DNA from: a virus
Length of the DNA: 64,000 nucleotides
IMG/VR virus record: IMGVR_UViG_3300016471_000863
Reading direction: 5' to 3' (one strand)
In this document: piece by piece, positions 1-9,672 of the stretch
Layout of the letters: each line of letters opens with the position of its first letter
Numbering within the stretch: the stretch's first letter is position 1
The notes under the pieces: generated by a model
Seen by the model: the letters and a program-made list of their open reading frames with translations, nothing else
Told to the model about the DNA's origin: nothing
The model's database searches: none
Program-made: the position numbers and the translations under genes

Positions 1-517
1 ATCCGCTTTTACCAAAAAAATAAGCTGGAAAGCCATTTGCATATGCTGCTCGATATCGTATTGTACCAGAGAATGGCGCAGATAATCCGACGATTGCATT
101 TGCGTTTGTTACTGCAATACCATATATGTTTAAATTAAATGTATTTTGTACTGCTGCCGCCTCTTGTTCCATAGAAAAAACAAGATAGGGATTGCCGGAA
201 AACGTAACATTAAAATTAAAGGAAACTGTATCAACATTATTGAAATGAATTAATCCTTCGTCATATTCGCCAACAATAATAGGTCCAGAAATTCCAAACG
301 TTTTAAAAAAATCACGATGTCTTACTGTTTTTTGTAAGTCAATTGTAGTATTTGAAGAAACAAGTGGTTTACCGGTAATTGGATCAAAGCTTGTAGGTTC
401 GCTTATTACATCAAATACTTCATATGTAGTTAATTTTGGAGGTCTTGCAGCTTGACCAGTACCATAACTTTTGCGCCAAACATTTCTATTGTTACCATAT
501 TTGCTATTATCTGTCAC
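1..517 (-). CDS. Hypothetical (likely virion) protein, partial; runs off the window start
   Basis: Open frame read by eye from GTG at 517 (VTDNSKYGNNRNVWRKSYG...RYRAAYANGFPAYFFGKSG) with no stop before position 1; TAATTA motif just upstream; not in the ORF track because it is truncated. Confidence 0.7.
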   Translation of the reverse strand, partial: MTDNSKYGNNRNVWRKSYGTGQAARPPKLTTYEVFDVISEPTSFDPITGKPLVSSNTTIDLQKTVRHRDFFKTFGISGPIIVGEYDEGLIHFNNVDTVSFNFNVTFSGNPYLVFSMEQEAAAVQNTFNLNIYGIAVTNANAIVGLSAPFSGTIRYRAAYANGFPAYFFGKSG

Positions 518-617
518 ATTCTGTAATTAGCAATCTAAAAATAAATCATAATTGTCTGTGATGATAGTATTCGTACATTGTTGCTTCTAATAAAAGAACA
601 AACAAATCGCACACTAA

Positions 618-3600
618 TCAGAGACAATTGCTAGCAAGAGTTGCCAACTCTGATCTCTCGCCTTTGACTAGTTTTATATGACCAGCAATCTTATATGGTT
701 TGAACTTCTCAATAGCTATAGTTAAACCATTGCTCTTGGCATCAATATACATATTGTCAATCTGATCTATATCGCCAGTAAGAACAATCTTAGTGTTCTC
801 GCCAACACGAGTAATAATGGTCTTAAGTTCATGAGCAGTTAAGTTCTGACAATTGTGAACAACTATACCAGAATTATTTTTTGAAGCTCTCGTAGAACAA
901 ATTACAAAATTATGCAGATCTTCAACTTCTATATCAAAAACTTCTTTATTAATTCCTGGATTTAGATCAATAGCATCTACGACAGTTACTCCAGATTCTT
1001 CTTCGCAAGAATTCCATTTATAGGTTCCTGCTAAGTTTTGGTTAACAACCTTATGTGAAAAGTCTGGATGAATATAAGGCTCTATTATTGAAGATAATCT
1101 GCAATAATCTTCTTTGTCAAAGATAATATAATAGCAATTTTTATCTTTTGATTTCGAATAATCTTTTTGATATTTTACATTCTGCATTCCTAATGAATGA
1201 AAATAATTTATAAAGTTTTTTTGACTTTCTTCGTCAAAAGAATGCGTCGAGATTCTTGCACCATTTTTATTTGGATAGACTGAGCCCTTGTCCATAAACC
1301 AGACAGCCAATCCTTTTGGATTTAATTTATTTAAAATTTCTAAGTTACAAGTTTTTTTGTTTGAATTAAAATTAATTTTAGAACCAAATATAGGTGTTGT
1401 AAATCTAGTGGCTGGATTCTTGCTATATCCATTTTGTTTACTTTGAGAAGTGAAGCAGTTTAAAATCTCGGACTTAAATTGACAATAATTTTTCTGGCTC
1501 TTGCCATAGGCAGCTTTTAATCTATAACGATTTAATCCATGCTGAGAAATATTTCCATCTCCGAGATATGAACCCAAAATTATTTGTTCTTGATCTTCAT
1601 TCCAAGTTTTAAGAAGTTGACTTCTAGCTTTTGGCTTTGTTGTAACTAGCAAATCTCCCACTGCTAATTCTCTGGCTTTTACATAGCCTTTATCTTTGAC
1701 CAAGAATGGATGATTTTCTGTGCATTCGATATTTCTATTAGAAGATTTAATCTTTATTAAAGATTTATATCCGTTTGACCATGCATTTTTAATGTTTTTG
1801 TATACAAAGTTTTTATTTTTTTCATCGTAAGCCAATACTTTTGGTATTTTTTCGCCTTTATTGAATAAAGAAACTAATTTACCAATTGGCATTTTGCCAT
1901 TTTCTGTATTGATATTTTGATCATATGGAAAACATTCGTCTATTATGATATAAGCATCTGCGATTGAGCGTCCACGTAGATAGCTAATAGCATCAATCTC
2001 AATTAAACCATCTTCAAAAAATCCAGTAAGAGTCATTTCGTTTTGACGAGATTTTCTACCTGCTGTTCCGGAAAATAAAAGGTAACGTAAATTATCTTTT
2101 ATTGGTGCAATCCAAGGCTCCAGCTTCTCTTCCTTGGTATTGTGAGTAACTACAAAGTTATCCATCACATATAAATGTTCTGGGTGTTCTACCGAGATGC
2201 ATTGCATTTCTGTATACTTTCCAGTTCTTTTTACGCTTTCAATTCTTCGTAAGATATGATTTTTTCTCGGTTGCCATCTAATGGCTTTCCGGTCTAAAAG
2301 AAAGGGACACATATCTGAATTGTTAAAGGATATCGATACCGTATATGAATCATGCTTATGTGGATAATGTTTGATGTTAGCCAACCCACCCAAAGAAAGA
2401 ACAAGATTTTTAACTCCATTAGCTAATTCTTTTGAAATTGTTGCAAAAGATACATCTTTGCCATCTTTTGAAACATAACCATCGGTATCCATCAAACCCT
2501 GAAGAAGCAGAAGTCTTTCTTCAACAGAGGCAAAAAGATAATTTTCTGGGATAAACTTTGTTTTAGAATTTGTGCCACGAAGCCCAAGGCGATTAATAGC
2601 TTCGGTTACCACATTGTTTTTTCTTTTCTTTTTTCCTGTATTACTTTTCATTGTAAATGAATACGAGTAACCACTTTTATGTTTTAAAACAATGTTATTT
2701 GGCATAAAGTTGTTAATATTTTCAACAATTTCTTCATCATTAGAAGAAAACTCGTTTGCGTATTGTTGGGATACGCAACCATCACCAAGAATACAGCCCA
2801 AGACATATGGATGAATTGAAAGCTTTTCTTTTAATGGCGAATATTTGACGGGTTCTACTACGTCAATAAACAATCGGTTCCAACTTTTTTTATCCCATCC
2901 AAGTTCATCTTGTCTTTTTTCTATATCCTTTGTTTGCATAACTTTTGGTTTAGGATTACTAACAGAATACACAGACCAAGGATGATCTTCGCAGCATTCA
3001 ATTGTAACGCCGTCTTCAAACGTAATTTCTAATATTTCTTTTTGTCCTTTTGGATATATATCAGAAACCCTTGTTGGTTTGCCATCTTTTGCAATAACAT
3101 GGTCATTCTTTTTAATGTCTCCCATCTTCTTCCAACCATCGGGAGTGAGAACATTAGTATAAAGTGGGACCGGTCCCGGTAAAAATCCAATGTCATTTCC
3201 AACTGGAACTATTGGACGACAGATAAACAATCTCTTATAACGTTTCTTTTCGATAACTTGATTTAAGCCAGCGGCTAACGCAGCTATTGTTTTTCCGGTT
3301 CCTGCTTGACCTAATATCGTTGCTAATTTTATTTCAGGATCTAACAATAAATTCATTGCAAGATTCTGCTCTTTATTTCTTGGTAACAAACCATAAATTG
3401 GAGATTTAAGATCATTAATAATTTTTAGTGGCTCATCTTGACCAAGATAACGTACAGCAAGTTCTTCATCGCTGTTTGGATCTTGAAGAAGTAAAAACTG
3501 ATTTGGAGCTAACTCTTTTTTAAGCTCGGGCTCAAAATCCAAATAAAATTCTCTTTTTGGATCTTCGGAACATTCCCAATATTCTTGCACATCTTCTTCT

Positions 3601-4124
3601 GATATATCAACATGAACAGAACCAGTATATAATTTATCGACGTTTTCGGTTATATGTGCATTCTTATAATCTTCACATGGAATACCAAGGAAATCACATT
3701 TAACACGCAAAAGAATATCACGACTTACAAGGATAGGATCTGGTTTTCCTTGTTCACGATGTTGTTTCGTTAATCCTCTACAGACATCAAGGATATGATT
3801 ATCTTTATTTGATGTATCCCAATCTTTGCTAAATTTTTCATCTTCATCAAAGACGAAATCGCTTATAGCTACAAGCCGTAGGGTGCCACCAGAAGGCAGC
3901 AGAACTCCACGCTTTAGGGCACCCTGCTCATTCTCAGAAATCATTTGCGAAAGGCGTCTAGCTACTTCACGAGCATTGGCACCAACTTCGTTTGTACGGC
4001 TTTTAATTTTATCTAATTCTTCTATTGTTGTGAATGGCAATACAATTTCATTGTCATCAAAAGCGTATAAACTATCGGGATCAGTCAATAAAACGTTTGT
4101 ATCTAGGATAAGTGTCTTTACCAT
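618..4124 (-). CDS. phoH: PIN-domain PhoH-family ATPase interrupted by two inteins (spliced product about 462 aa)
   Basis: N-terminal PIN motif ILDTNVLL...EELD...DN.IL...D..LR; Walker A GQAGTGKT; RPIVPVGNDIGFLPG; YLRGRS; IIDE|CQN; LTGDIDQID; ERSELA. Confidence 0.95.
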   Translation of the reverse strand: MVKTLILDTNVLLTDPDSLYAFDDNEIVLPFTTIEELDKIKSRTNEVGANAREVARRLSQMISENEQGALKRGVLLPSGGTLRLVAISDFVFDEDEKFSKDWDTSNKDNHILDVCRGLTKQHREQGKPDPILVSRDILLRVKCDFLGIPCEDYKNAHITENVDKLYTGSVHVDISEEDVQEYWECSEDPKREFYLDFEPELKKELAPNQFLLLQDPNSDEELAVRYLGQDEPLKIINDLKSPIYGLLPRNKEQNLAMNLLLDPEIKLATILGQAGTGKTIAALAAGLNQVIEKKRYKRLFICRPIVPVGNDIGFLPGPVPLYTNVLTPDGWKKMGDIKKNDHVIAKDGKPTRVSDIYPKGQKEILEITFEDGVTIECCEDHPWSVYSVSNPKPKVMQTKDIEKRQDELGWDKKSWNRLFIDVVEPVKYSPLKEKLSIHPYVLGCILGDGCVSQQYANEFSSNDEEIVENINNFMPNNIVLKHKSGYSYSFTMKSNTGKKKRKNNVVTEAINRLGLRGTNSKTKFIPENYLFASVEERLLLLQGLMDTDGYVSKDGKDVSFATISKELANGVKNLVLSLGGLANIKHYPHKHDSYTVSISFNNSDMCPFLLDRKAIRWQPRKNHILRRIESVKRTGKYTEMQCISVEHPEHLYVMDNFVVTHNTKEEKLEPWIAPIKDNLRYLLFSGTAGRKSRQNEMTLTGFFEDGLIEIDAISYLRGRSIADAYIIIDECFPYDQNINTENGKMPIGKLVSLFNKGEKIPKVLAYDEKNKNFVYKNIKNAWSNGYKSLIKIKSSNRNIECTENHPFLVKDKGYVKARELAVGDLLVTTKPKARSQLLKTWNEDQEQIILGSYLGDGNISQHGLNRYRLKAAYGKSQKNYCQFKSEILNCFTSQSKQNGYSKNPATRFTTPIFGSKINFNSNKKTCNLEILNKLNPKGLAVWFMDKGSVYPNKNGARISTHSFDEESQKNFINYFHSLGMQNVKYQKDYSKSKDKNCYYIIFDKEDYCRLSSIIEPYIHPDFSHKVVNQNLAGTYKWNSCEEESGVTVVDAIDLNPGINKEVFDIEVEDLHNFVICSTRASKNNSGIVVHNCQNLTAHELKTIITRVGENTKIVLTGDIDQIDNMYIDAKSNGLTIAIEKFKPYKIAGHIKLVKGERSELATLASNCL
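852..1934 (-). mobile_element. Intein 2 of PhoH (361 aa), class 1, with LAGLIDADG endonuclease
   Basis: Inserted in Walker B region IIDE|CFPYDQNI...ECTENHPF...VFDIEV...IVVHN|CQNLT; ILGSYLGDG and LAVWFMDKG motifs. Confidence 0.93.
2139..3173 (-). mobile_element. Intein 1 of PhoH (345 aa), class-3-type, Pro1, with LAGLIDADG endonuclease
   Basis: Inserted at GFLPG|PVPLYTNVLTPDGW...FVVTHN|TKEEKL; WCT triplet (DHPW, MQCISV, VTHN); LGCILGDG and LLQGLMDTDG motifs. Confidence 0.9.
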
Positions 4125-4417
4125 TATTCAACTTTTTTCTTTTTATTAGTTTTTTTAACAGATTTCTTTTCTTTAACTACTCGTGTAGGCTGCAATTCCA
4201 CAGATTCTGATTCATTATCTGAATCTTCTTTATGCGACTCTACAGGCGTACAATCAGAAGTACGAACTTCTTCTATTGGAGGCAGCGGTTCTTCTGGTGC
4301 CGCTTGGGTATGTTCGGGAGTTGAAAGCGTATCATCGTAATGATAATCTTCTTGGCGTTTACGTTCCCTGTCTAAAAATGCAATAGCATTTGCCCTTTTA
4401 ATTAATTTCCAGCCCAT
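4124..4417 (-). CDS. Hypothetical protein (acidic middle, basic tail)
   Basis: ORF track 4124..4465; ATG at 4417 preceded by GGAG is the likelier start; stop abuts phoH start. Confidence 0.6.
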   Translation of the reverse strand: MGWKLIKRANAIAFLDRERKRQEDYHYDDTLSTPEHTQAAPEEPLPPIEEVRTSDCTPVESHKEDSDNESESVELQPTRVVKEKKSVKKTNKKKKVE

Positions 4418-4430
4418 TTTATACTCCAAA

Positions 4431-4646
4431 TCAAGAATTGGTTGACTCTTCTTTTTCAAATTCAATCATTTCTTTAATGATTTGAGTAGCTAGCTTCTTT
4501 AATGTTCTAAATTTGGTTCGTGCTCTGCGACCAGCAGCAGCGTTGCCCTTTATTAAAGCTTTGTTCATATCAAAATCAATTTGCTCAACTTCTATACGGA
4601 AGTTGGTCCAAATTTCTATGATTTCTTCAGGTGTTTTCTTTGACAT
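4431..4646 (-). CDS. Histone H1-like (Hc1-family) small nucleoid protein
   Basis: 71 aa with KGNAAAGRRAR...LKKL, matching the bacterial Hc1/'histone H1' family motif KGNKAAGxRAR; GGAG RBS. Confidence 0.8.
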   Translation of the reverse strand: MSKKTPEEIIEIWTNFRIEVEQIDFDMNKALIKGNAAAGRRARTKFRTLKKLATQIIKEMIEFEKEESTNS

Positions 4647-4705
4647 TAATTAACTCCAATTGTATTATAGACCCAATATCAATTTTTGTATTTAATTATA
4701 GATGT

Positions 4706-5287
4706 CTAGAATAATTGCGATATATTGTCCCAAAGAAATTTTCCAACGCCAGCACCAACTGCTAATAAAATTGCCCACCATATTTTATTTATATTTTCTT
4801 TTGTCTGGGTAATGCCCTTTAACTTGTCTAAATCTTCTCCAGCAATTCTTTTTAGCTTTTTTGTTGTCTCTTCTAGTGGATTCATTTTTTCTTCCATAGA
4901 ATCCAGCTTCTTGGCAATTAAAGAAGTTCTAGCACTAACGTCCCTCAGCATATCTTCACTTCGCTTGCTGTCTGCACTAGATTCTTTAATTCTAGAATAA
5001 AGTCCATTGTCCGGATCATAAATGGCATCTTTAATTGTAGCCACTTCCCGTCTAATCTCAGGAATGTCCTCATGTACTCGATTTAAATCTGCCATTAATT
5101 TTAGTTGGCTCCATTTGATCTCTTTTAACTCATCTCTGATCTCATCAAAGCCACCATTTAAGACAGAAGCATTTTCAACTTTGGCAGAAATTTTCTTTAC
5201 CAAAGCCTCTAGCTCATTTACATTCGCTTCTAACTTTTGTTCAGTTTGTTTTTTTGAATCTGAAGAAGACATATTGTTACTCCCCAC
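4706..5287 (-). CDS. Coiled-coil protein with C-terminal membrane anchor
   Basis: Long heptad region; C-terminal IWWAILLAVGAGVGKFLW hydrophobic segment. Confidence 0.7.
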   Translation of the reverse strand: MGSNNMSSSDSKKQTEQKLEANVNELEALVKKISAKVENASVLNGGFDEIRDELKEIKWSQLKLMADLNRVHEDIPEIRREVATIKDAIYDPDNGLYSRIKESSADSKRSEDMLRDVSARTSLIAKKLDSMEEKMNPLEETTKKLKRIAGEDLDKLKGITQTKENINKIWWAILLAVGAGVGKFLWDNISQLF

Positions 5288-5309
5288 CCTATCATATAAA
5301 TATTAATTT

Positions 5310-6728
5310 ATGACTGCAACAACAACCTACCTAGATAAAACAACGGCAAATTTGTTAATAAATCAATCAATTGACAATGTAAATGCAAAGTTTGAAGCAA
5401 TAAAAATTGCGATGTCAAGTAATCTGGTCCCAATCGATAAAAAAAGTTATCACTTTATTGCCGAATTATTGAATAAAGTCGAACCATCTAACAATGTCGA
5501 AATAATGTTAAATTTACTGGCTACAAATATAATTTACCGTTCTGAAGTCATGAGTCAAAGTGCAGGGCTTGCTACCTTTGTTTATTTTTTTAATCTATAT
5601 TCAAATTTGACTAAATCTTTTGGCGATAAAATTCCAAATGAAGTTGCATTGTCGGAATCTTATCAAGTTATTATTGAAGAAATAACAAACTTAATTCTTT
5701 CTGAAAACAGAATTGCCAAAGAAAAAGATTTACAAAATTTAATAAATGAAATTTGTGGTGACAATGAAGCACTATCAGAAGCAGTATTTCAAGCGGTAAT
5801 GTTAGCTGGATTAGAAGGAAAAATATTAATAGAAAATGGAAAAGGATTCAATTTTGTGATTGAACAAAAATCTGGTTATTCTTTTAAATTAAGTCCTTTT
5901 AAATACTTTTTCGGCAGCAACAATGAATTAGCCTGGGAGCGAAGCAATTGTAAAATTCTTCTTGTAGATGGTCTTGTAGAAAAAATATCTGAAATAGACC
6001 AAATATTACAAAAGGCACATGAAACAGGACAAGCTGTGGCAATAATAGCAATGGGCTTTTCAGAAGAAGTTGTAGCTACGTTAAAGACAAATCAAGAACG
6101 AGGATTATTAGATATAATTCCTATACGTGTTAATTCCGATTTGGAAAGTCTCAATCTTGTAAACGATATATCTGTTGTTTGTGGTAAAGAAGCTGTTTCT
6201 TCGCTCAAGGGAGAGTTGTTAACCTATCAATCTTGGGAAAATTTGCCATCTATAGATAAAATAAGAGTTACGCTAAAAGAAACTCTTATAGAAAACAATG
6301 TTACAAGATTTGCTGTTTCTTCTCATATCAAATATCTTTTGGAAAAGCGACAACAACAATCTGCAATTGAAGATTTAGAAAATTTAATTGATGCAAGATT
6401 GAAAGGTCTTGTTTCTGATGCGGCAATAATAAATCTTCCCGATGTCACTACAATTGAAAATGATGCCTGTAGAGTAAAAATAGATAATTGCTTGCGAGCA
6501 GTAAAAGCTGTTTTAAATTATGGTGTAACTGATTTAAGTAAGATTGTTGTTAAGCTTGAAAAGTTAGGTACAAAAGATTTTACATCTGAAGCAATTGTTG
6601 ATTCACTAAAAAAGATTTCATCTTATAAAAAAGAACTGCCAACTTTATCTGTCATTACAACATTAAAATTGGCAGGTCCAGTTGCTTGTATGGTGCTATG
6701 TAGTGATGGTATTGTCGTTAAGCAATAA
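5310..6728 (+). CDS. Divergent GroEL/Cpn60-like chaperonin lacking the canonical ATP-binding motif
   Basis: AVMLAGLEGKILIENGK, ILLVDGLVEKISEIDQILQ...VAIIAMGFSEEVVATLKTN, DISVVCG, ARLKGL, KIDNCLRAVKAVLNYGV parallel GroEL intermediate/apical segments; no GDGTTT. Confidence 0.8.
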   Translation: MTATTTYLDKTTANLLINQSIDNVNAKFEAIKIAMSSNLVPIDKKSYHFIAELLNKVEPSNNVEIMLNLLATNIIYRSEVMSQSAGLATFVYFFNLYSNLTKSFGDKIPNEVALSESYQVIIEEITNLILSENRIAKEKDLQNLINEICGDNEALSEAVFQAVMLAGLEGKILIENGKGFNFVIEQKSGYSFKLSPFKYFFGSNNELAWERSNCKILLVDGLVEKISEIDQILQKAHETGQAVAIIAMGFSEEVVATLKTNQERGLLDIIPIRVNSDLESLNLVNDISVVCGKEAVSSLKGELLTYQSWENLPSIDKIRVTLKETLIENNVTRFAVSSHIKYLLEKRQQQSAIEDLENLIDARLKGLVSDAAIINLPDVTTIENDACRVKIDNCLRAVKAVLNYGVTDLSKIVVKLEKLGTKDFTSEAIVDSLKKISSYKKELPTLSVITTLKLAGPVACMVLCSDGIVVKQ

Positions 6729-8837
6729 TCATTTCTTTACTGGATCCGGCAATTTTGTTGCAAAATCGTTGATTACGGCTACTATATTTGATAGTTTTAT
6801 TATTTGAGGAATCTGCTCACTTAATGATTTTTCTGGGTTTAGGTCATTACCTATTTTATTCATTAAACTTTGCAAATCAGCTAATCTTGCATTATTAGGA
6901 TTTGCTAGAGTGTTTTTTATATTAGGTTCTTTAGCTAAAGAATTAATTGTATTAACTGCAATTTCAACAGTATTTATTGTTTGAATTCCTGCTTCTATAA
7001 TAGAATTTTCTAATTCTTTTAATATACCTCTAGCGTAGTCGTCGTCGGCGGCACTCAGTTGTTGTATTTTTTTAAATGATTTAACCGCCAGCCCAGCATC
7101 TGCTGGACCTATGCTGAAATCAGGTTTTGCTTCTGCTCGATCAATTGCTGCTGCCGGTGAGCCTCCTCCTGGTGCTGGTGCTCCTCCTGGTGCTCCTGCT
7201 GGTGCCCCCTGTGATCCTCCTGCTGGTGCCACAGCCCCGGGTGCTCCTCCTGGTGCTCCCGGTACTGTTCCTGGTGGTGTTCCTCCTCCTGGTGCTCCCG
7301 GTACTGTTCCTGGCGCACTTGCACCGACCGCCGCTTTTGCTTCTACTCCTTTTGCAGCAGTATTAAATGAATTAACAATTGCCTGTAGATTAGCTAAACT
7401 TTCATTTAAAATTTTATTTACTTCACTATCAAATTCAACAAATTTATTTTTTTTATTTGCCCTATATGATTCTCGAAGTGTAGTTGATTCTGCTAATATT
7501 ATTTCAATAATTTCTTGTTTTATTTTTGGAATAGCCGCAGTAAATTCTTGCGGTAATGTATTTTGAGTATTTGGTATTTTGAATTTTGAAAAAATAGACT
7601 TTTTTAATTTAGCCAAATTTCCTTCTGGATTTAAATTTTCCACAGTAGAATCTAGATATGTCATTAAAGTTTTTAAAGCCTGCTTGGCTTCATCAGATGC
7701 GGCGGGTGGTAATTCATCATTGACTATGATTTTATCCTGCGGATTAGTTACACTTGCTGCCCAATCACTTAAAGTTTTAGCATCTGGGTCTTTTACTAAT
7801 TCCTTTAATTTTTCAGCTATATTTTTATAAAATTCAGCAACTACTACTGCTTGACTCAATACCAGGGTATCTGTTTTAGTTGGTGCTTTCTTGACCATCG
7901 CAGCATTTAATCTGTTTCTAAAATCTTTCATTGCCGCTGTCAAAGATGGGATTTGCAATTTATTTGTAGTTGTTTGTAAATCATTTATAGTTTTTTTTAC
8001 TGCTTCTACTTGAGGAGAGCGAAAAAAATCATATAAAGCTTTTGCACCTCCTGCGAGCCCGCCTGTTACGGCTCCAACTCCTGCTCCTGTTACTGTTCCT
8101 ACCCCCGGAAGAACGTTTCCAGCACCGGCACCTGTTACAGCACCTGTCACTACACCCGCAGCGGCTCCTCCTAAAACATTTTTTATGAATCCTGCTTCGT
8201 TTAGCAATTTTTCATCAGGGATTACCGCCATAGGAACTTGTTCTATCCCACACAAGCCTTCTAAATCTTTATAGGATAATCCTAACATTTGACTTGCAAT
8301 ACTATGTCTATCCAACTGAGGAAGCGTAACGCCTTTATAGAGTTTATTCAAAAAGGCTAATTCTTCTTCTGAAGGAGTAAGAGTTAATACAATTGTATCT
8401 GTAATATGCTTTGGACTATAACCAGCATCAGTAATAGAATCTAATCTTACTTCTGGTTTACTTCTTGGAACTTTAAAAGCAGGAGTTTGAAGAAGTAATT
8501 TTAAATCATTGGCAAAGAAATCAGAAAGAAGAGCATAGATAATGCTTAATCGCTGAAAGATCTCTGAAATTTTTGAATCTGTCAATCTGCCAGATAATGC
8601 CATTTGCAAAGCATTTTCTGCATCGCTTACAATTGAAGAGATGCCAGGAATTTTATCTTTGAATGGACCAAATTTTTGATCAAATTTGAGCATAAGATTT
8701 ATTAATCTTTTTACTCTTGCACGATCCATTCGTTCAGTTAAAAATACAACATTTTCACTTAGCCAATTTTGAATTTCAGCTTTTTTAGCTTCTTGTAACG
8801 CAATTTTATTTTTATTATATTCTTGTCTAAGGCTCAT
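6729..8837 (-). CDS. Hypothetical 702-aa protein with glycine zipper and Pro/Gly/Ala linker (candidate internal head/ejection protein)
   Basis: GGAAAGVVTGAVTGAGAG...GAVTGGLAGG zipper; PGTVPGAPGG repeats; several L-x-E sites. Confidence 0.75.
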   Translation of the reverse strand: MSLRQEYNKNKIALQEAKKAEIQNWLSENVVFLTERMDRARVKRLINLMLKFDQKFGPFKDKIPGISSIVSDAENALQMALSGRLTDSKISEIFQRLSIIYALLSDFFANDLKLLLQTPAFKVPRSKPEVRLDSITDAGYSPKHITDTIVLTLTPSEEELAFLNKLYKGVTLPQLDRHSIASQMLGLSYKDLEGLCGIEQVPMAVIPDEKLLNEAGFIKNVLGGAAAGVVTGAVTGAGAGNVLPGVGTVTGAGVGAVTGGLAGGAKALYDFFRSPQVEAVKKTINDLQTTTNKLQIPSLTAAMKDFRNRLNAAMVKKAPTKTDTLVLSQAVVVAEFYKNIAEKLKELVKDPDAKTLSDWAASVTNPQDKIIVNDELPPAASDEAKQALKTLMTYLDSTVENLNPEGNLAKLKKSIFSKFKIPNTQNTLPQEFTAAIPKIKQEIIEIILAESTTLRESYRANKKNKFVEFDSEVNKILNESLANLQAIVNSFNTAAKGVEAKAAVGASAPGTVPGAPGGGTPPGTVPGAPGGAPGAVAPAGGSQGAPAGAPGGAPAPGGGSPAAAIDRAEAKPDFSIGPADAGLAVKSFKKIQQLSAADDDYARGILKELENSIIEAGIQTINTVEIAVNTINSLAKEPNIKNTLANPNNARLADLQSLMNKIGNDLNPEKSLSEQIPQIIKLSNIVAVINDFATKLPDPVKK
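7251..7313. repeat. Coding direct repeat TGGTGCTCCCGGTACTGTTCCTGG x2 within a PGA-rich linker
   Basis: 24-nt unit at about 7251 and 7290; encodes PGTVPGAP on the minus strand. Confidence 0.8.
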
Positions 8838-8898
8838 TTTTTTACCATTATTGATTTACAAAGTTTCACACATTAAGTATATTACAAGTTGAGGATTT

Positions 8899-9606
8899 AT
8901 GACAATTAAAAGAGTTGGAAGTATTTCTATCGACGAATTAATGAAACGAGATGAGGAACAAAATCGTCTTCTCGCTGAGGAGCCGCCTTCTAAAAAAGAA
9001 AAGACCAGGCTTGAAGGCGATGAATTACGTGCAGAAAAACGTAATAACAAATATTATTTGCCTGTATTGCATATTAATGATATAGCAATGTGGCCACCAA
9101 AACCTAAAAGCGAGAGAAAGCATTTTACAACTGAAGTCGCTGTAGACACTTGTACCAATCGTTGTTGTGGGGTAGATGGATTAGCAGCCGCCTGTTGCAA
9201 ATTAGATCCAGACGATATCGAACACGTTCTTGGACCTCTAGACGATGAATACATAGAAAAACTTCTTAAATGGTTTCAGAAAAAAGGCATAAATTATAAA
9301 AGAAAAGACATTGTTATTGATTATGAAGAAGGAGTCCTTATTGGAAGAAAATTTTTTAACGGACATCGTGTATTTGAAGATCCTAAATCATATCCATTCT
9401 TTAGAATGCAAGTAGATGGTCCTAGATTTTCTTGTAAATTTTTAGATCCAAATAGATCGTTTTGCGTTATTTATGAACAACGTCCCGACATGTGCCGAAA
9501 CTACTTATGCAACTATGTTAAGTCAAACTTTTTCACAAAAGGCAAAGAAAAGCCTAATACTTGGATAATGATGAACAAGCCAGAAAATGAAAAAGATGAA
9601 GAATAG
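8899..9606 (+). CDS. YkgJ-family (CxxxCC) Fe-S/Zn cluster protein
   Basis: CTNRCC...ACC; C-terminal SCKFLD...FCVIYEQRPDMCRNYLC. Confidence 0.85.
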   Translation: MTIKRVGSISIDELMKRDEEQNRLLAEEPPSKKEKTRLEGDELRAEKRNNKYYLPVLHINDIAMWPPKPKSERKHFTTEVAVDTCTNRCCGVDGLAAACCKLDPDDIEHVLGPLDDEYIEKLLKWFQKKGINYKRKDIVIDYEEGVLIGRKFFNGHRVFEDPKSYPFFRMQVDGPRFSCKFLDPNRSFCVIYEQRPDMCRNYLCNYVKSNFFTKGKEKPNTWIMMNKPENEKDEE

Positions 9607-9672
9607 AAAAAAAATTCATGCATCCTCCTCTGTTTTTTCATTAGCTTTAGAAAAATATCGAATAATTTCAAC

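Noticed and set aside
7109-7566. Alternative-frame ORFs over low-complexity regions (also 19407, 31577, 41049, 41213 and many antisense ORFs)
   Set aside because: Shadows of GC-rich Pro/Gly/Ala codons or of the antisense strand of real genes; no RBS or recognisable motifs
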